Assembly (NCBI GenBank): GCA_964575865.1 | Contig: CAZNSZ010000010.1 | Span: 5,276-69,275, forward strand | Reading direction: 5' to 3' | DNA: 64,000 bases | Source of the DNA: an uncultured Bacteroides sp. | GTDB lineage: Bacteria > Bacteroidota > Bacteroidia > Bacteroidales > GCA-2748055 | Shown: piece after piece, positions 36,051-46,079 of the stretch | Position numbering within the stretch: the first letter of the stretch is position 1 | How the letters are laid out: each line of letters starts with the position of its first letter | Position numbers and translations under genes: made by a program | The notes under the pieces: model-generated | Database searches by the model: none | What the model saw: only the letters and a program-made list of their open reading frames with translations | What the model was told of the DNA's origin: nothing

Positions 36051-37174
36051 GCTTGAAGATCGACCGAAATAATTATGAAGCTTACCTGCTGGACCTCCTG
36101 GAAGGCAGGCTTTCTCAGGATGGAAGGCGCAGGTTGCGCGAATTCCTTTCCCGGCATCCGGATTGCGGTGCGGACCTGGAAGTGGAAGAGCTCTGGACCC
36201 TCGATCCCGGATCTGCCAGCTTTCCCGGAAAGCAGTCGTTGAAGAAAGAGATCCCCTCTCCGGGCCAGCCGATGCGGGGATCCCATTTCGGGTTGCTTTC
36301 CATAGCACGTCTGGAAGGGGACCTTTCTGAGGACCGGATCCGGGAGCACGAAGAGAAGGTGGCCGCCGACCGTTCCCTCCTGAAAGAATGGGAGGCGTGG
36401 CAACAGACCAGGCTGCCCCGCCGGAGCATACCGTTTCCCCGGAAGGAAGACCTTAAAAAGCCGGAGAAACACCGAAGGTTGATCCCGTGGGTGACCGTGT
36501 CCGCGGCTGCGGCTGCAATTGCCCTGCTGCTCGTTGTCCTGACCACCCGCACACCTTCCCCGCTCCCGATGAGCCAGGAGTATCCGGTCGTCCTTCCCGG
36601 ACATGAGCAGGAGAGAGCCGTGCCCGCCATGGTTCCGCCGCCGCTGCCGGATCCCTTGCCCGGGTTGAGCGGCGGAGAGGTCCGGGGTGCCGGCCTGGCC
36701 GCGGAACAGGCTCCTTCCAAAATTTCCACTCCGCTCCATCCTTCCGTCCGGCAGGCAGCAGCGGAGGATCCGGAAGCAGGGGGGGGGCGTGCACAGGTGG
36801 AGCATCCGGAGCACGACATGCCCCTTTTATCCCGGAGCATCCTGGCTGCCCGGCTGCCGGCGGCTCCGGTTCAGCCGGGGACCTATGACCGCATCAGGCC
36901 CCTTTATCTTCCCCCGTCCACTGTGAACCAAAGGAACATTTCACTGTCTTCCCTGGCAAGCATGGATCTGCAGGAGGTGGTGGAAGAATATGCCAGGGAG
37001 AAGGATCTCTCTTTATGGTCGGTGGCCAGTGCAGGCATCAGAGGGATCAACCGGATCACAGGATCCGACCTGCAGCTGTATGCCGCCCGGGATGAAGAGG
37101 GGGAAGTATCAGGTTTTCAGTTCAAATCCAGGAACCTGAATATTTCATCCCCCCTTGACAAGTCCGAAGATTAA
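36047..37174 (+). CDS. putative anti-sigma factor (single TM, P/A-rich periplasmic part)
   Basis: The start overlaps the sigma-factor stop (ATGA). The N-terminal ~60 aa form a cytoplasmic helix bundle. The TM is LIPWVTVSAAAAAIALLLVVL. The rest is low complexity. Confidence 0.55.
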   Translation: MSLKIDRNNYEAYLLDLLEGRLSQDGRRRLREFLSRHPDCGADLEVEELWTLDPGSASFPGKQSLKKEIPSPGQPMRGSHFGLLSIARLEGDLSEDRIREHEEKVAADRSLLKEWEAWQQTRLPRRSIPFPRKEDLKKPEKHRRLIPWVTVSAAAAAIALLLVVLTTRTPSPLPMSQEYPVVLPGHEQERAVPAMVPPPLPDPLPGLSGGEVRGAGLAAEQAPSKISTPLHPSVRQAAAEDPEAGGGRAQVEHPEHDMPLLSRSILAARLPAAPVQPGTYDRIRPLYLPPSTVNQRNISLSSLASMDLQEVVEEYAREKDLSLWSVASAGIRGINRITGSDLQLYAARDEEGEVSGFQFKSRNLNISSPLDKSED

Positions 37175-37234
37175 GCCTCCGGTGCAACTCCTTTGCATGG
37201 ATCTTGTCTTTAAGGTAAAACCATTGACAGAATC

Positions 37235-37822
37235 ATGAAAAGAATACTATTACCAGGGATTCTCCTCTCCCTTTCATTCGCTCTGTTTTCCCAGGAACGG
37301 GAATACCGGACCATTTTCGATAACCAGGATCTGCGCATTTCGGGAATGGGCGGCCCGTTCATGCAATTTACCTCAGTGGCGGGAGAATTTGGCCATATGA
37401 TGGGTGGCGGCGGGGCCGTGATGCTGAACGATTTCTTTTTCGGGGGGTACGGCCTGGGCCTGACCAATGCCATTCCCGATTACGTGAATGGTGATACCAA
37501 CAACCGGTTAACACTGGGCCACGGTGGATTCTGGATGGGATATTCCCTGTTCGGGGACAAACCGGTCCATGTGAGCATCTCGTCCCTGATCGGCTGGGGG
37601 GAATTCGGGCTGATGCAGTACGAAGGCTACTATCCGTTTGCCCGGGATAAAATCTTCGTCATTGCCCCTACCGTGGAGGTGGAGCTCAACCTGACGCGTT
37701 ACCTGAGGATCGGTGCAGGCGCCACCTACAACCTCTATACCATGGTGGACCTTCAGGGATACGGCAGCAGCGACCTCTCCAGTCCGGGCGGATTCCTCAG
37801 CTTCAAGTTCGGCTGGTTCTGA
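37235..37822 (+). CDS. small outer-membrane beta-barrel protein
   Basis: Signal peptide MKRILLPGILLSLSFALFSQ, G/Y-rich alternating strands and a C-terminal FKFGWF. Confidence 0.55.
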   Translation: MKRILLPGILLSLSFALFSQEREYRTIFDNQDLRISGMGGPFMQFTSVAGEFGHMMGGGGAVMLNDFFFGGYGLGLTNAIPDYVNGDTNNRLTLGHGGFWMGYSLFGDKPVHVSISSLIGWGEFGLMQYEGYYPFARDKIFVIAPTVEVELNLTRYLRIGAGATYNLYTMVDLQGYGSSDLSSPGGFLSFKFGWF

Positions 37823-37861
37823 TTGCACACCATATGTCATCCCTCCCGGGGATCTATCCGG

Positions 37862-37895
37862 AGGCCGTATCGAAAGGTACGGCCTTTTGCTTTTT
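37862..37895 (+). terminator. intrinsic terminator after the barrel gene
   Basis: 8-bp stem AGGCCGTA / TACGGCCT with an 8-nt loop, followed by TTTGCTTTTT. Confidence 0.7.
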
Positions 37896-37913
37896 AACCA
37901 GAGCGGTTTTCAC

Positions 37914-37921
37914 TATTTTTG
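37914..37921 (+). promoter_or_regulatory. -7 box TATTTTTG for rsgA
   Basis: Exact TAnnTTTG match 16 nt upstream of the ATG at 37938. Confidence 0.45.
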
Positions 37922-37937
37922 GCTGAGCGAAAAGCGG

Positions 37938-38864
37938 ATGGAAAAAGGAACGGTCATCAAATCCACAGGAAGCCGGTACCTGGTCAGGACTTCCGGCCGG
38001 CGGACCGTCCCCTGCACGATCCGGGGAAAGTTCAGGATGCAGGGGATCCGGGCAACCAATCCGGTGGCGGTGGGTGATCATGTGGAGTTCGAGTGGGCTG
38101 AAGGGGGGGAAAGCGGAATCATCGCTTCCATCGGTGAACGGTCCAATTACATCATCCGTAAAGCGTCAAAGCTTTCCAAGGAGTACCAGCTGATCGCCTG
38201 CAACGTTGACCTGGTCTGGTTGATGGTGAGCATGAACATGCCCCGTACACTGACGGCTTTCATCGACCGGGTGCTGGTATCCACAGAGGCTTACCGGATC
38301 CCGGTTGTTCTCCTGTTCAACAAGATTGATCTCTATGGACCGGAGGACCATGAGGAGATGACCAGACTGATCTCCGTCTATACCGCCATCGGTTACCGCT
38401 GCATGCGACTTTCCCTTCAGACCGGGGAGGGGCTGTCAGAGGTGAGGCGGGTCATGAAGGACAAAGTGAATGTGATTACGGGGAATTCGGGGGTGGGAAA
38501 ATCCACCCTGATCAGGGTTCTTGATCCGGAAATTGAACTGAAGATCGGGGAGCTGTCGGCCTATCACGAAAGCGGTAAACACACCACCACGTTTGCGGAG
38601 ATGTTCGAGCTGAAGGGTGGGATCAGGATCATCGATACCCCCGGGATCCGCGGGTTCGGCACCGTGGATATTGACCGGGCTGAGCTGTTCCATTTCTTTC
38701 CCGAGATTTTCAGGGCGAGTGCACAGTGCCGCTACCACAACTGCCTGCATACCCATGAGCCGGGGTGTTTCGTGCAGGAGGAGGTCATGCACGGAAGGAT
38801 CGCCCCGTCACGATACCTCAATTATGTGTCCATGCTTGAACAGGATGAGGGGAAGTACCGCTGA
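37938..38864 (+). CDS. rsgA: ribosome small-subunit-dependent GTPase A
   Basis: The OB-fold N-terminus is GTVIKSTGSRYLV. The circularly permuted GTPase motifs are NKIDL and GNSGVGKSTL. The C-terminal zinc knuckle is CRYHNCLHTHEPGC. The track ORF start at 37713 runs through the terminator and is rejected. Confidence 0.9.
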   Translation: MEKGTVIKSTGSRYLVRTSGRRTVPCTIRGKFRMQGIRATNPVAVGDHVEFEWAEGGESGIIASIGERSNYIIRKASKLSKEYQLIACNVDLVWLMVSMNMPRTLTAFIDRVLVSTEAYRIPVVLLFNKIDLYGPEDHEEMTRLISVYTAIGYRCMRLSLQTGEGLSEVRRVMKDKVNVITGNSGVGKSTLIRVLDPEIELKIGELSAYHESGKHTTTFAEMFELKGGIRIIDTPGIRGFGTVDIDRAELFHFFPEIFRASAQCRYHNCLHTHEPGCFVQEEVMHGRIAPSRYLNYVSMLEQDEGKYR

Positions 38865-38956
38865 CCGGCCGATCCGGAAGAGATAAAATCTATGAGGATA
38901 ACCCGGTCAAATGGAAAATAGTTTATAAGTTTATGCCCTGATAATCTGGATGGTTT

Positions 38957-41821
38957 GTGAGACGAAACAGCATTATATCTGGACTCATCCTGTTTTTGAT
39001 CCTGGCGCTGAACGGAATTGCCCTGATCAGTGTCAACAGGCGATACGTGAATTTCATCAACGGATCGCTTCAGCAGCAGTCACAGCGCTGCGGAGAATAC
39101 ATGGAAAATACCCTGCTGCAGTTTTCCAGCGATATCAACCAGGAACTGAACCAGTATACCTATTCTGAGATCTTCGGAGATCCGGAACGGTTCAGGCAGG
39201 CCACCCAGAGCCTGAGGCTCTTTTACACCAAATACAGGCACCTGATCACCCGGATCGCCGTGTATGACAACCAGAAGAATTTCTATGCACTCTACCTGGA
39301 ATCCCAGAATACCTTCGGAAAATCGGATACATTCGTGGTGGACAGTTTTCCCACCAGGGACCAGCGCAGGCTGTATACCCGGGACCGGGTTGAACAGGCG
39401 GGAAGCATCCTCCGCTACTATTATCCCTATTTCGGACACGATGTGGTGACCGGAAATGTGATGGTTGAGGTGGATATCGGCCGGTTTGCCGAAGAGATCT
39501 TTAACCTGTATCCCACCGGAGAAGCCTCCAGCTGGCAGTGGCTCGTGTCGGCGGACAGGGAGATCATTCTGGAGAATTTCCCTTCTGATTCCATTCGGAT
39601 CGGGCAGATGGATGTCCTGGTGGACAGCCTGCAGGCTGAGGCCACCGGCATCATGGAACATACCATCATCAACGAGAACGGCAACAGGGAGAAGGTCTAT
39701 ACGGCCTACTATCCGCTCAGTATCTATGCGCGGAAGATGGGCATCATGTTTACCGCCAGTAAAGCCGGATTCTTCCAGTTGTTCCTTCAGCACAACCTCC
39801 TGGTCGCTATTATTTCCCAGCTTCTGGTGATCGGTCTGATCGTCTACCTGCTCGTGGCACTTGAGAGGCACAGAAAGAATGAGAAGCAGGTGAAATTATC
39901 GGAGATCGTTCTCCGGCAGACCATCGAACATTTCCCGGTGGGGATCATGATACTGGACAGGAGGAACATCATCCGGAACATCAACAGTGCAGCGCAGAAG
40001 ATGCTGTTTACCGGAAGCCAGGAGAACCTGACAGGGAAGGATTTCAGCAAACAGTTCCTGGTATCGAACCGCTACCTGCTCAATGATGCACCCAGCCCGT
40101 TCAAGGATGACTCCCACTACCTCTATTATGAAAAAGACGGGATCGAGACAGTGATCTACAGGACGGAACTGCAAACCCACATCGGGGGAGAGGAACTCAA
40201 ACTGGTGGCGCTGATCGATGTGTCGCAACTTGAAAAATCCAGGAAAGTGGAGGTTGCCGCCAACAAGGCCAAATCCGACTTCCTGGCTGCCATGAGCCAT
40301 GAGATCCGGACCCCCATGAACGGGATCCTCGGAATGGTCAACGATTTGCTGGAGCAGAAGACCGGCAGGGACCTCCATGACAAGATCAGGGTGATCAAGC
40401 GTTCGGCCGACCTGCTGATGACCATCATCAATGACATCCTCGATTTTTCAAAAATTGAGGCAGGCAGGATGATGCTCGAAGAGATCCCTTTCAATCTGAA
40501 CGAGGAACTGGAACTGGTGGGGGAACTTTTCCGCCCCCTGGCCAGGGAGAAGGGCCTTGAGCTCACCATCCGGGTGGCACCGGATGTACCCAATAAACTG
40601 ATCGGGGACCCTTTCCGCCTCCGACAGGTCATTTCAAACCTGGTGAGCAATGCGGTGAAATTCACTGAATCGGGACGCATTGTGATCGGTGCCTCCCTGG
40701 TGGAGTCCTATAAAAGTCAGCTAAACCTGCTCTTTACGGTGGAAGATACGGGGATAGGCATTCCAAGGGACCGCATCAAAGAGATTTTCGGCAGTTATAC
40801 CCAGGCCAGGGGGTCGGTAACCAGGAAGTTCGGCGGAACCGGCCTGGGGACTGCCATTGCCAAGCAGCTGGTGGAGCTCATGCACGGTGAGATCTGGGTC
40901 GAAAGCCCCTCATCCATCTCCACAGGTGAATCAAGTCCCGGATCCAAATTCAGTTTTACCATCGAGGCCATATCCAACGAACGGATCAGCAAGAAATTTG
41001 ATTTCAGCCACATCAAACGGCTGAAGGAGATCCACGCCCTGATCCTGACAAAGGAATCGGATCCGTCCCGAAATACCATGTCCCGGATGCTTCAGAAATT
41101 CGGGCTTGAGGTTTCCACCACCATCTATCAGGACAGCTCCGTGGAGAGCGTGATCCACCACCTCCAGGTGAAGAGGGAGAATTATCACCTGCTGGTGCTC
41201 GTGGACAAGAACCAGCTGGACGGTTTTGCCCTGGCCCAGGAGATGCAGACCAGGGAACTGACGGATTCCTATCCCATTGTGCTGGTCAGCTCCAATGACA
41301 AGTCAGGCAACTACAAAACCTGCCGGAAACTGGGCATCGACTACTACCTGATCGAGCCTTTCGAGACCAAGGAGGTCATTGATATCCTGTTTGAGAACTT
41401 CCCCAATGTGGAGGACAGCAAAAAACTGGAACCCCTGATCAATGCCCTGCCCACCGAATTATCCATTCTGATCGCAGAGGACAACCTGATCAACCAGAAG
41501 GTGGCCCAGTCCATTTTCAAGAACATCGGTTACGAGATCGAGATCGCCAGGAACGGAAAAGAGGCGGTGGAGATGGTCGAGAAGGGCCGTTACGATGTGA
41601 TATTCATGGACCTGCTGATGCCTGAAACAGATGGGTATCAGGCTACCGAAATGATCCGGAAGGCCGGACACGACCTTCCCATCATTGCCATGTCTGCAGA
41701 CCAGGAGGAGAAGACCAGGGAAGCCGCCTTTCAGGCAGGAATGAATGAGTTCGTCAGCAAACCCGCCCGCGTGGAAAGTGTCAAGCAGCTCTTAATTAAA
41801 CTCTTTTCAACAACCGTTTAG
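38957..41821 (+). CDS. hybrid sensor histidine kinase / response regulator
   Basis: GTG start, as there is no in-frame ATG nearby. Order is TM, ~270-aa extracytoplasmic domain, TM, PAS-like region, H-box [11 protein letters not shown], HATPase blocks ([10 protein letters not shown]), a degenerate receiver, then a receiver with [14 protein letters not shown]. Confidence 0.9.
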   Translation: MRRNSIISGLILFLILALNGIALISVNRRYVNFINGSLQQQSQRCGEYMENTLLQFSSDINQELNQYTYSEIFGDPERFRQATQSLRLFYTKYRHLITRIAVYDNQKNFYALYLESQNTFGKSDTFVVDSFPTRDQRRLYTRDRVEQAGSILRYYYPYFGHDVVTGNVMVEVDIGRFAEEIFNLYPTGEASSWQWLVSADREIILENFPSDSIRIGQMDVLVDSLQAEATGIMEHTIINENGNREKVYTAYYPLSIYARKMGIMFTASKAGFFQLFLQHNLLVAIISQLLVIGLIVYLLVALERHRKNEKQVKLSEIVLRQTIEHFPVGIMILDRRNIIRNINSAAQKMLFTGSQENLTGKDFSKQFLVSNRYLLNDAPSPFKDDSHYLYYEKDGIETVIYRTELQTHIGGEELKLVALIDVSQLEKSRKVEVAANKAKSDFLAAMSHEIRTPMNGILGMVNDLLEQKTGRDLHDKIRVIKRSADLLMTIINDILDFSKIEAGRMMLEEIPFNLNEELELVGELFRPLAREKGLELTIRVAPDVPNKLIGDPFRLRQVISNLVSNAVKFTESGRIVIGASLVESYKSQLNLLFTVEDTGIGIPRDRIKEIFGSYTQARGSVTRKFGGTGLGTAIAKQLVELMHGEIWVESPSSISTGESSPGSKFSFTIEAISNERISKKFDFSHIKRLKEIHALILTKESDPSRNTMSRMLQKFGLEVSTTIYQDSSVESVIHHLQVKRENYHLLVLVDKNQLDGFALAQEMQTRELTDSYPIVLVSSNDKSGNYKTCRKLGIDYYLIEPFETKEVIDILFENFPNVEDSKKLEPLINALPTELSILIAEDNLINQKVAQSIFKNIGYEIEIARNGKEAVEMVEKGRYDVIFMDLLMPETDGYQATEMIRKAGHDLPIIAMSADQEEKTREAAFQAGMNEFVSKPARVESVKQLLIKLFSTTV

Positions 41822-41823
41822 CC

Positions 41824-42591
41824 ATGCAATCACACCAGCTCGATTACAGGATTATAGGTGACGATATCCAACTTGTGGAAATAGAACTGGATCCCCAGGA
41901 GACGGTGATTGCCGAAGCGGGATCGATGATGTACATGGACAGCGGTATACAGTTTGAGACCAGGATGGGTGACGGGTCCGATCCCAACCAGGGGATGATG
42001 AGCAAGCTCCTCTCTGCGGGTACCCGCGTGCTCACCGGCGAATCTCTGTTCGTGACACATTTCACGAACCGCGGGATGGCCAGGCAGCGGGTGGCCTTTG
42101 CGGCCCCCTATCCGGGAAAGATCGTCCCGGTCGATCTGGCCGTACTGGGCAGCAGGCTCATTGTACAGAAGGACGGATTCCTCTGTGCGGCCAAAGGGAC
42201 AAAGATCTCCATCACGCTGAACAGGCGTTTCGGAAGCGGGTTGCTGGGGGGAGAGGGCTTCATTCTCCAGAAGCTGGAAGGCGACGGTAAGGCATTCATG
42301 CACGCGGGGGGCACGGTGATCGAAAGGAGGCTGAATAATGAAACCCTCAAGATCGATACCGGTTGCATCGTGGCCTATACCCCTGGAATCGATTTCAATA
42401 TTGAGACCAGCGGCGGCCTCCGTTCCATGATTTTCGGGGGAGAGGGGATCTTTCTCGCCACCCTGAGCGGAACGGGAACGGTCTGGCTGCAGTCGATGCC
42501 CATCCGCAAACTGATCCAGGCCATCTCCCCTTACGGAAGAAACGTGAGGAAGGAGAGCCGGTCCCTGCTGGACAATTTCCTTGAACGCTGA
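41824..42591 (+). CDS. TIGR00266 / AIM24-family protein
   Basis: N-terminus [32 protein letters not shown] and GESLFVTHF match the family pattern. Starts 2 nt after the kinase stop. Confidence 0.8.
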   Translation: MQSHQLDYRIIGDDIQLVEIELDPQETVIAEAGSMMYMDSGIQFETRMGDGSDPNQGMMSKLLSAGTRVLTGESLFVTHFTNRGMARQRVAFAAPYPGKIVPVDLAVLGSRLIVQKDGFLCAAKGTKISITLNRRFGSGLLGGEGFILQKLEGDGKAFMHAGGTVIERRLNNETLKIDTGCIVAYTPGIDFNIETSGGLRSMIFGGEGIFLATLSGTGTVWLQSMPIRKLIQAISPYGRNVRKESRSLLDNFLER

Positions 42592-42609
42592 GAAGCGGGG
42601 AAGAACGGG

Positions 42610-43647
42610 ATGGCAGAGGTACTGCCCATATCGTCATTCCTGGAGCGTTCCGCCTCCATGCCGGTGATCGATGTGCGATCACCCTCCGAATTCCTTCAGG
42701 GCCATATCCCCGGAGCCAAGAACATCCCCCTTTTTGATGACCGGGAAAGGAAGGAGGTGGGAACCCTTTACAAACAGGTGAACAGGGAGGCAGCCATTTT
42801 AACAGGACTCGAATTTGCAGGTGCAAAGCTCGCCGCCCTGGCCAGTGAGGGTATGCACATAGCGGGAGGTAAAAGGGAGCTCCTCGTGCATTGCTGGCGG
42901 GGAGGGATGCGCAGCCGCAGCATGGCATGGCTGTTTGAGACTGCAGGGATCACCTGCTGGCTGCTGGAGGGGGGATACAAGTCATACCGGAGGCATGTGA
43001 GGGAGCAGCTGGACGTCCCTTTGACCCTGAAGGTGGTGGGAGGCAAAACAGGAAGCGGAAAGACCGCCATCCTGTCGCAGCTGTCCCTTCTGGGGGAACA
43101 GGTGATCGACCTGGAGGCGCTGGCCCGTCACAAAGGTTCCGCATTCGGGGCGCTGGGAGAGGCAGCCCAACCCACCACCGAACAGTTCGAGAACGAGCTG
43201 TGCCGGATTGCCGGCGGCCTGGATCGCCGCAGGCGGGTCTGGATCGAAGATGAAAGCAGGAATATCGGGAAGTGCGTGATCCCCCTTGAACTCTACCGGC
43301 AGATGAGGGAGGGGGAAACATTTTTTTTGGATATTCCCCGGGAAGAACGGGCCCGGCACCTGGTGGGAGCGTACGCGTCCCATCCTCCGGAGGAACTGAT
43401 CGCATGTGTACAGAGAATACAGAAAAGACTGGGAGGGGACCGCACCGTGGAAGCCATCGAGGCCATCGGCAGGGGGGATTTCCTTACTGCGGTCATGGTC
43501 TCCCTTCACTATTATGACAAAGCATACATGCACTCGCTGCAGCTGAATCATCAGCAGTACCGGGTCATCGGGTCGGGGGACGTGGATGCGGAAAAAAATG
43601 CCCGCGAATTGCTGCTTGCCGTGGAAAAGGCGGACCGGAACAGGTAA
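42610..43647 (+). CDS. mnmH: tRNA 2-selenouridine / geranyl-2-thiouridine synthase
   Basis: The rhodanese part is IDVRSPSEFLQGHIPGAKNIPLF and ERKEVGTLYKQ. The active-site Cys is in HCWRGGMRS. The P-loop is GGKTGSGKT. Confidence 0.9.
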   Translation: MAEVLPISSFLERSASMPVIDVRSPSEFLQGHIPGAKNIPLFDDRERKEVGTLYKQVNREAAILTGLEFAGAKLAALASEGMHIAGGKRELLVHCWRGGMRSRSMAWLFETAGITCWLLEGGYKSYRRHVREQLDVPLTLKVVGGKTGSGKTAILSQLSLLGEQVIDLEALARHKGSAFGALGEAAQPTTEQFENELCRIAGGLDRRRRVWIEDESRNIGKCVIPLELYRQMREGETFFLDIPREERARHLVGAYASHPPEELIACVQRIQKRLGGDRTVEAIEAIGRGDFLTAVMVSLHYYDKAYMHSLQLNHQQYRVIGSGDVDAEKNARELLLAVEKADRNR

Positions 43648-43670
43648 ATTGAATTGATGAAGGAGAATCC

Positions 43671-44930
43671 ATGAAGAAAAGAGAGGATATTGAACTGCTT
43701 GCACCGGCCGGAAGTTTTGAGTCCCTGGCCGCAGCGGGACAGGGTGGTGCCGATTCCATTTATTTCGGGATCGAGCAGATGAACATGAGGGCACGCTCAT
43801 CGGCCAATTTCAGGGAAGACGATCTCCCGGAGATCGTGGAAAGGGCGCGTTCACTGGGCATGAAGGCATACCTGACCCTCAATACGGTGGTGTATGACAG
43901 GGAAATGTCCCGGATGAAGCGGATCGTGGACCTGGCGGTCCGGCACCGGGTGGATGCACTGATCGCTTCCGATCAGGCGGTGCTCCAGTATGCACGGGAG
44001 GCCGGTGCCTCTGTGCATCTTTCCACGCAGCTGAACATCAGCAACCTGGAGTCATTAAAATTCTATGCATCCTACGCCGATGTGGCGGTCCTGGCCAGGG
44101 AACTCGACCTGGACCAGGTGCGGGAGATCACCCTGGGGTTGGAGGAAGCGGGACTGATGGGAGCCTCGGGAAATCCGTTCAGGGTGGAGATGTTCGTTCA
44201 CGGTGCCCTTTGCATGGCCATCTCCGGAAAATGCTACCTGAGCCTACATGAGCACAACCATTCTGCCAACCGGGGCGATTGTTACCAGGTATGCAGGAGG
44301 GGTTACCGGGTCACCGACCTGGACCGGGAGGTGGAGCTTGAGATCGATCATGAGCATATCATGTCCCCCAGGGACCTGAAAACCATACATTTTCTCAATA
44401 AGATCCTGGATGCCGGGGTGTCCCTCCTGAAGATCGAGGGAAGGGCCCGGTCCCCGGAATATGTCAAAACGGTCACCGCATGCTACCATGAGGCCATTCA
44501 CGCCTGGGCGGACGGGGATTTTACACCGGAGCGGATCGAAGGGTGGGATCGCCGCCTGGCATCGGTATTCAACAGGGGATTCTGGGACGGGTACTACCTG
44601 GGGCAAAGGCTCGGGGAATGGACCCATACGTACGGATCGGAGGCCACCTACCGGAAGCTCTATGTCGGGAAGGGGACCAACTATTTTGACCGGATCGGGG
44701 TGGCGGAGGTGGCCGTGGAGAACGGGAGCCTTGAAGTGGGCGACCAGATCCTGATCATCGGTCCCACAACGGGAGTGATCGAGGCGACGGTCGGGGAACT
44801 CCGTGTGGACGATGCTCCCCGGACCCGCGCGGAAAAGGGGGAACGCTGTTCCCTTCCCGTGGCCGGGGAAGTGCGCCGGTCCGACAAAGTGTACAAACTG
44901 GTCAGGCGGGAGACTTCCGCCTCAGGATGA
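43671..44930 (+). CDS. peptidase U32-family protein (likely Fe-S O2-independent hydroxylase type)
   Basis: U32 N-terminus ELLAPAGS...GADSIYFG and a four-Cys cluster CMAISGKC-x15-CYQVC. 419 aa. Confidence 0.85.
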   Translation: MKKREDIELLAPAGSFESLAAAGQGGADSIYFGIEQMNMRARSSANFREDDLPEIVERARSLGMKAYLTLNTVVYDREMSRMKRIVDLAVRHRVDALIASDQAVLQYAREAGASVHLSTQLNISNLESLKFYASYADVAVLARELDLDQVREITLGLEEAGLMGASGNPFRVEMFVHGALCMAISGKCYLSLHEHNHSANRGDCYQVCRRGYRVTDLDREVELEIDHEHIMSPRDLKTIHFLNKILDAGVSLLKIEGRARSPEYVKTVTACYHEAIHAWADGDFTPERIEGWDRRLASVFNRGFWDGYYLGQRLGEWTHTYGSEATYRKLYVGKGTNYFDRIGVAEVAVENGSLEVGDQILIIGPTTGVIEATVGELRVDDAPRTRAEKGERCSLPVAGEVRRSDKVYKLVRRETSASG

Positions 44931-46059
44931 TCCGGATCACCGTGGAATCGAAAGGATCGGACGAAAGCACGAAGATCTTCCCGTGGTGGTATGATTCAAT
45001 GATCCTTTTTGAGAGCGAGAGACCCAGCCCCCACCCCCTCTTCTTGGTGGTGTAACCCGGTTTGAATATGGTCCTGTATTTTGATTTGGGGATCCCTTTG
45101 CCCGAGTCCTCCACGTCGATAATGACACTGTTGTCGGTTTCCACCGCATGCAGGATCACCCGGCCACTTCCCTCGATGGCATCGGTGGCATTTTTACAGA
45201 GGTTCTCGATGACCCATTCGAACAGGGTCTCGTTCAGGTCGACCCGGACCGGTTTCTGAGGGATATCCAGGCGATACTCCACGCTTTCGGGTCCCCTGTT
45301 TCTCATGTAATCCATGGTCTCTGTAAGGATCCTGGTGAGGTCCCCTTCGGTCAGCGCCGGTTTGGAACCGATCTTTGAAAAGCGGTCGGTGATCTTCTCC
45401 AGCCGCGAGGCATCTTTTTCCATCTCCCTGACCATGGCAGGATCCAGCGCTGACTGTTTAAGCAGCTCCATCCATCCCATCAGGGAAGATATGGGCGTTC
45501 CCAGCTGGTGTGCCGTCTCCTTGGACATCCCTGTCCACACCTCGTTCTGCTCTGCTTTCCGGGAGACGCTGAAAGCAATATAGGAGACCAGGATAAAGAG
45601 GATGATCACTCCCAGCTGCACGTAGGGGAAGAGGATGAGTTGCCGGAGGACGATCGAATCCCGGTAGAACAGATTCTGGTATTCACCGGGCCCCAGGTTG
45701 ATCACCAGGGAATCGTTCTCCTCCCGGGCGAGCCTCAACTGTCTTTCAAGGTAGCCGGGATGGGTGGCTTTCAGCGAATCGATGTTCTTGTAATTGAGGA
45801 TTTGGCCGTCGGAATCTGTGAGGATCACCGGAATGTGTGTGTTGCTCTCTATCACCGAGAAGGGGAAGGCGAGATCTGTTTCAAAATCGGCAGAATTCAT
45901 GATCCGGATGGCCTCGGCCCAGAGCTCCATTTTCTGCCGCTCGGTCACTTCGATGCGGTCGACCAGCCTGTTGGTATACCAGAGCGACCCCACTCCGATC
46001 AAGATCGCGGCCAGGAGAAGGATCAGTTTCCAGCGCTGTTTTTTCCTGTAAATATCCAA
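44902..46059 (-). CDS. sensor histidine kinase (two TM)
   Basis: H-box HQLGTPISSLMGW. HATPase N/G boxes NLCKNATDA, DSGKGIP and GWGLGLSL. Only a TTG start is available at 46059. The 3' end overlaps the convergent U32 gene by 29 nt. Confidence 0.8.
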   Translation of the reverse strand: MDIYRKKQRWKLILLLAAILIGVGSLWYTNRLVDRIEVTERQKMELWAEAIRIMNSADFETDLAFPFSVIESNTHIPVILTDSDGQILNYKNIDSLKATHPGYLERQLRLAREENDSLVINLGPGEYQNLFYRDSIVLRQLILFPYVQLGVIILFILVSYIAFSVSRKAEQNEVWTGMSKETAHQLGTPISSLMGWMELLKQSALDPAMVREMEKDASRLEKITDRFSKIGSKPALTEGDLTRILTETMDYMRNRGPESVEYRLDIPQKPVRVDLNETLFEWVIENLCKNATDAIEGSGRVILHAVETDNSVIIDVEDSGKGIPKSKYRTIFKPGYTTKKRGWGLGLSLSKRIIESYHHGKIFVLSSDPFDSTVIRIILRRKSPA

Positions 46060-46079
46060 AAGATAACGGTTTAGCCAGA

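Noticed and set aside
36779-36787. G9 homopolymer inside the anti-sigma factor gene, considered as a possible slipped-strand phase-variation switch.
   Set aside because: G7-G8 (or C8) runs also occur in housekeeping-type genes in this window, for example at 18948-18955 in the RND adaptor gene, near 22805 and near 38103. The tract therefore looks compositional. No evidence of length heterogeneity is available from a single sequence.
37713-37937. Upstream extension of the rsgA ORF overlapping the barrel gene.
   Set aside because: The extension runs through an intrinsic terminator (37862-37895) and a -7 box (37914-37921). The RsgA homology starts at MEKGTVIKSTG (37938).
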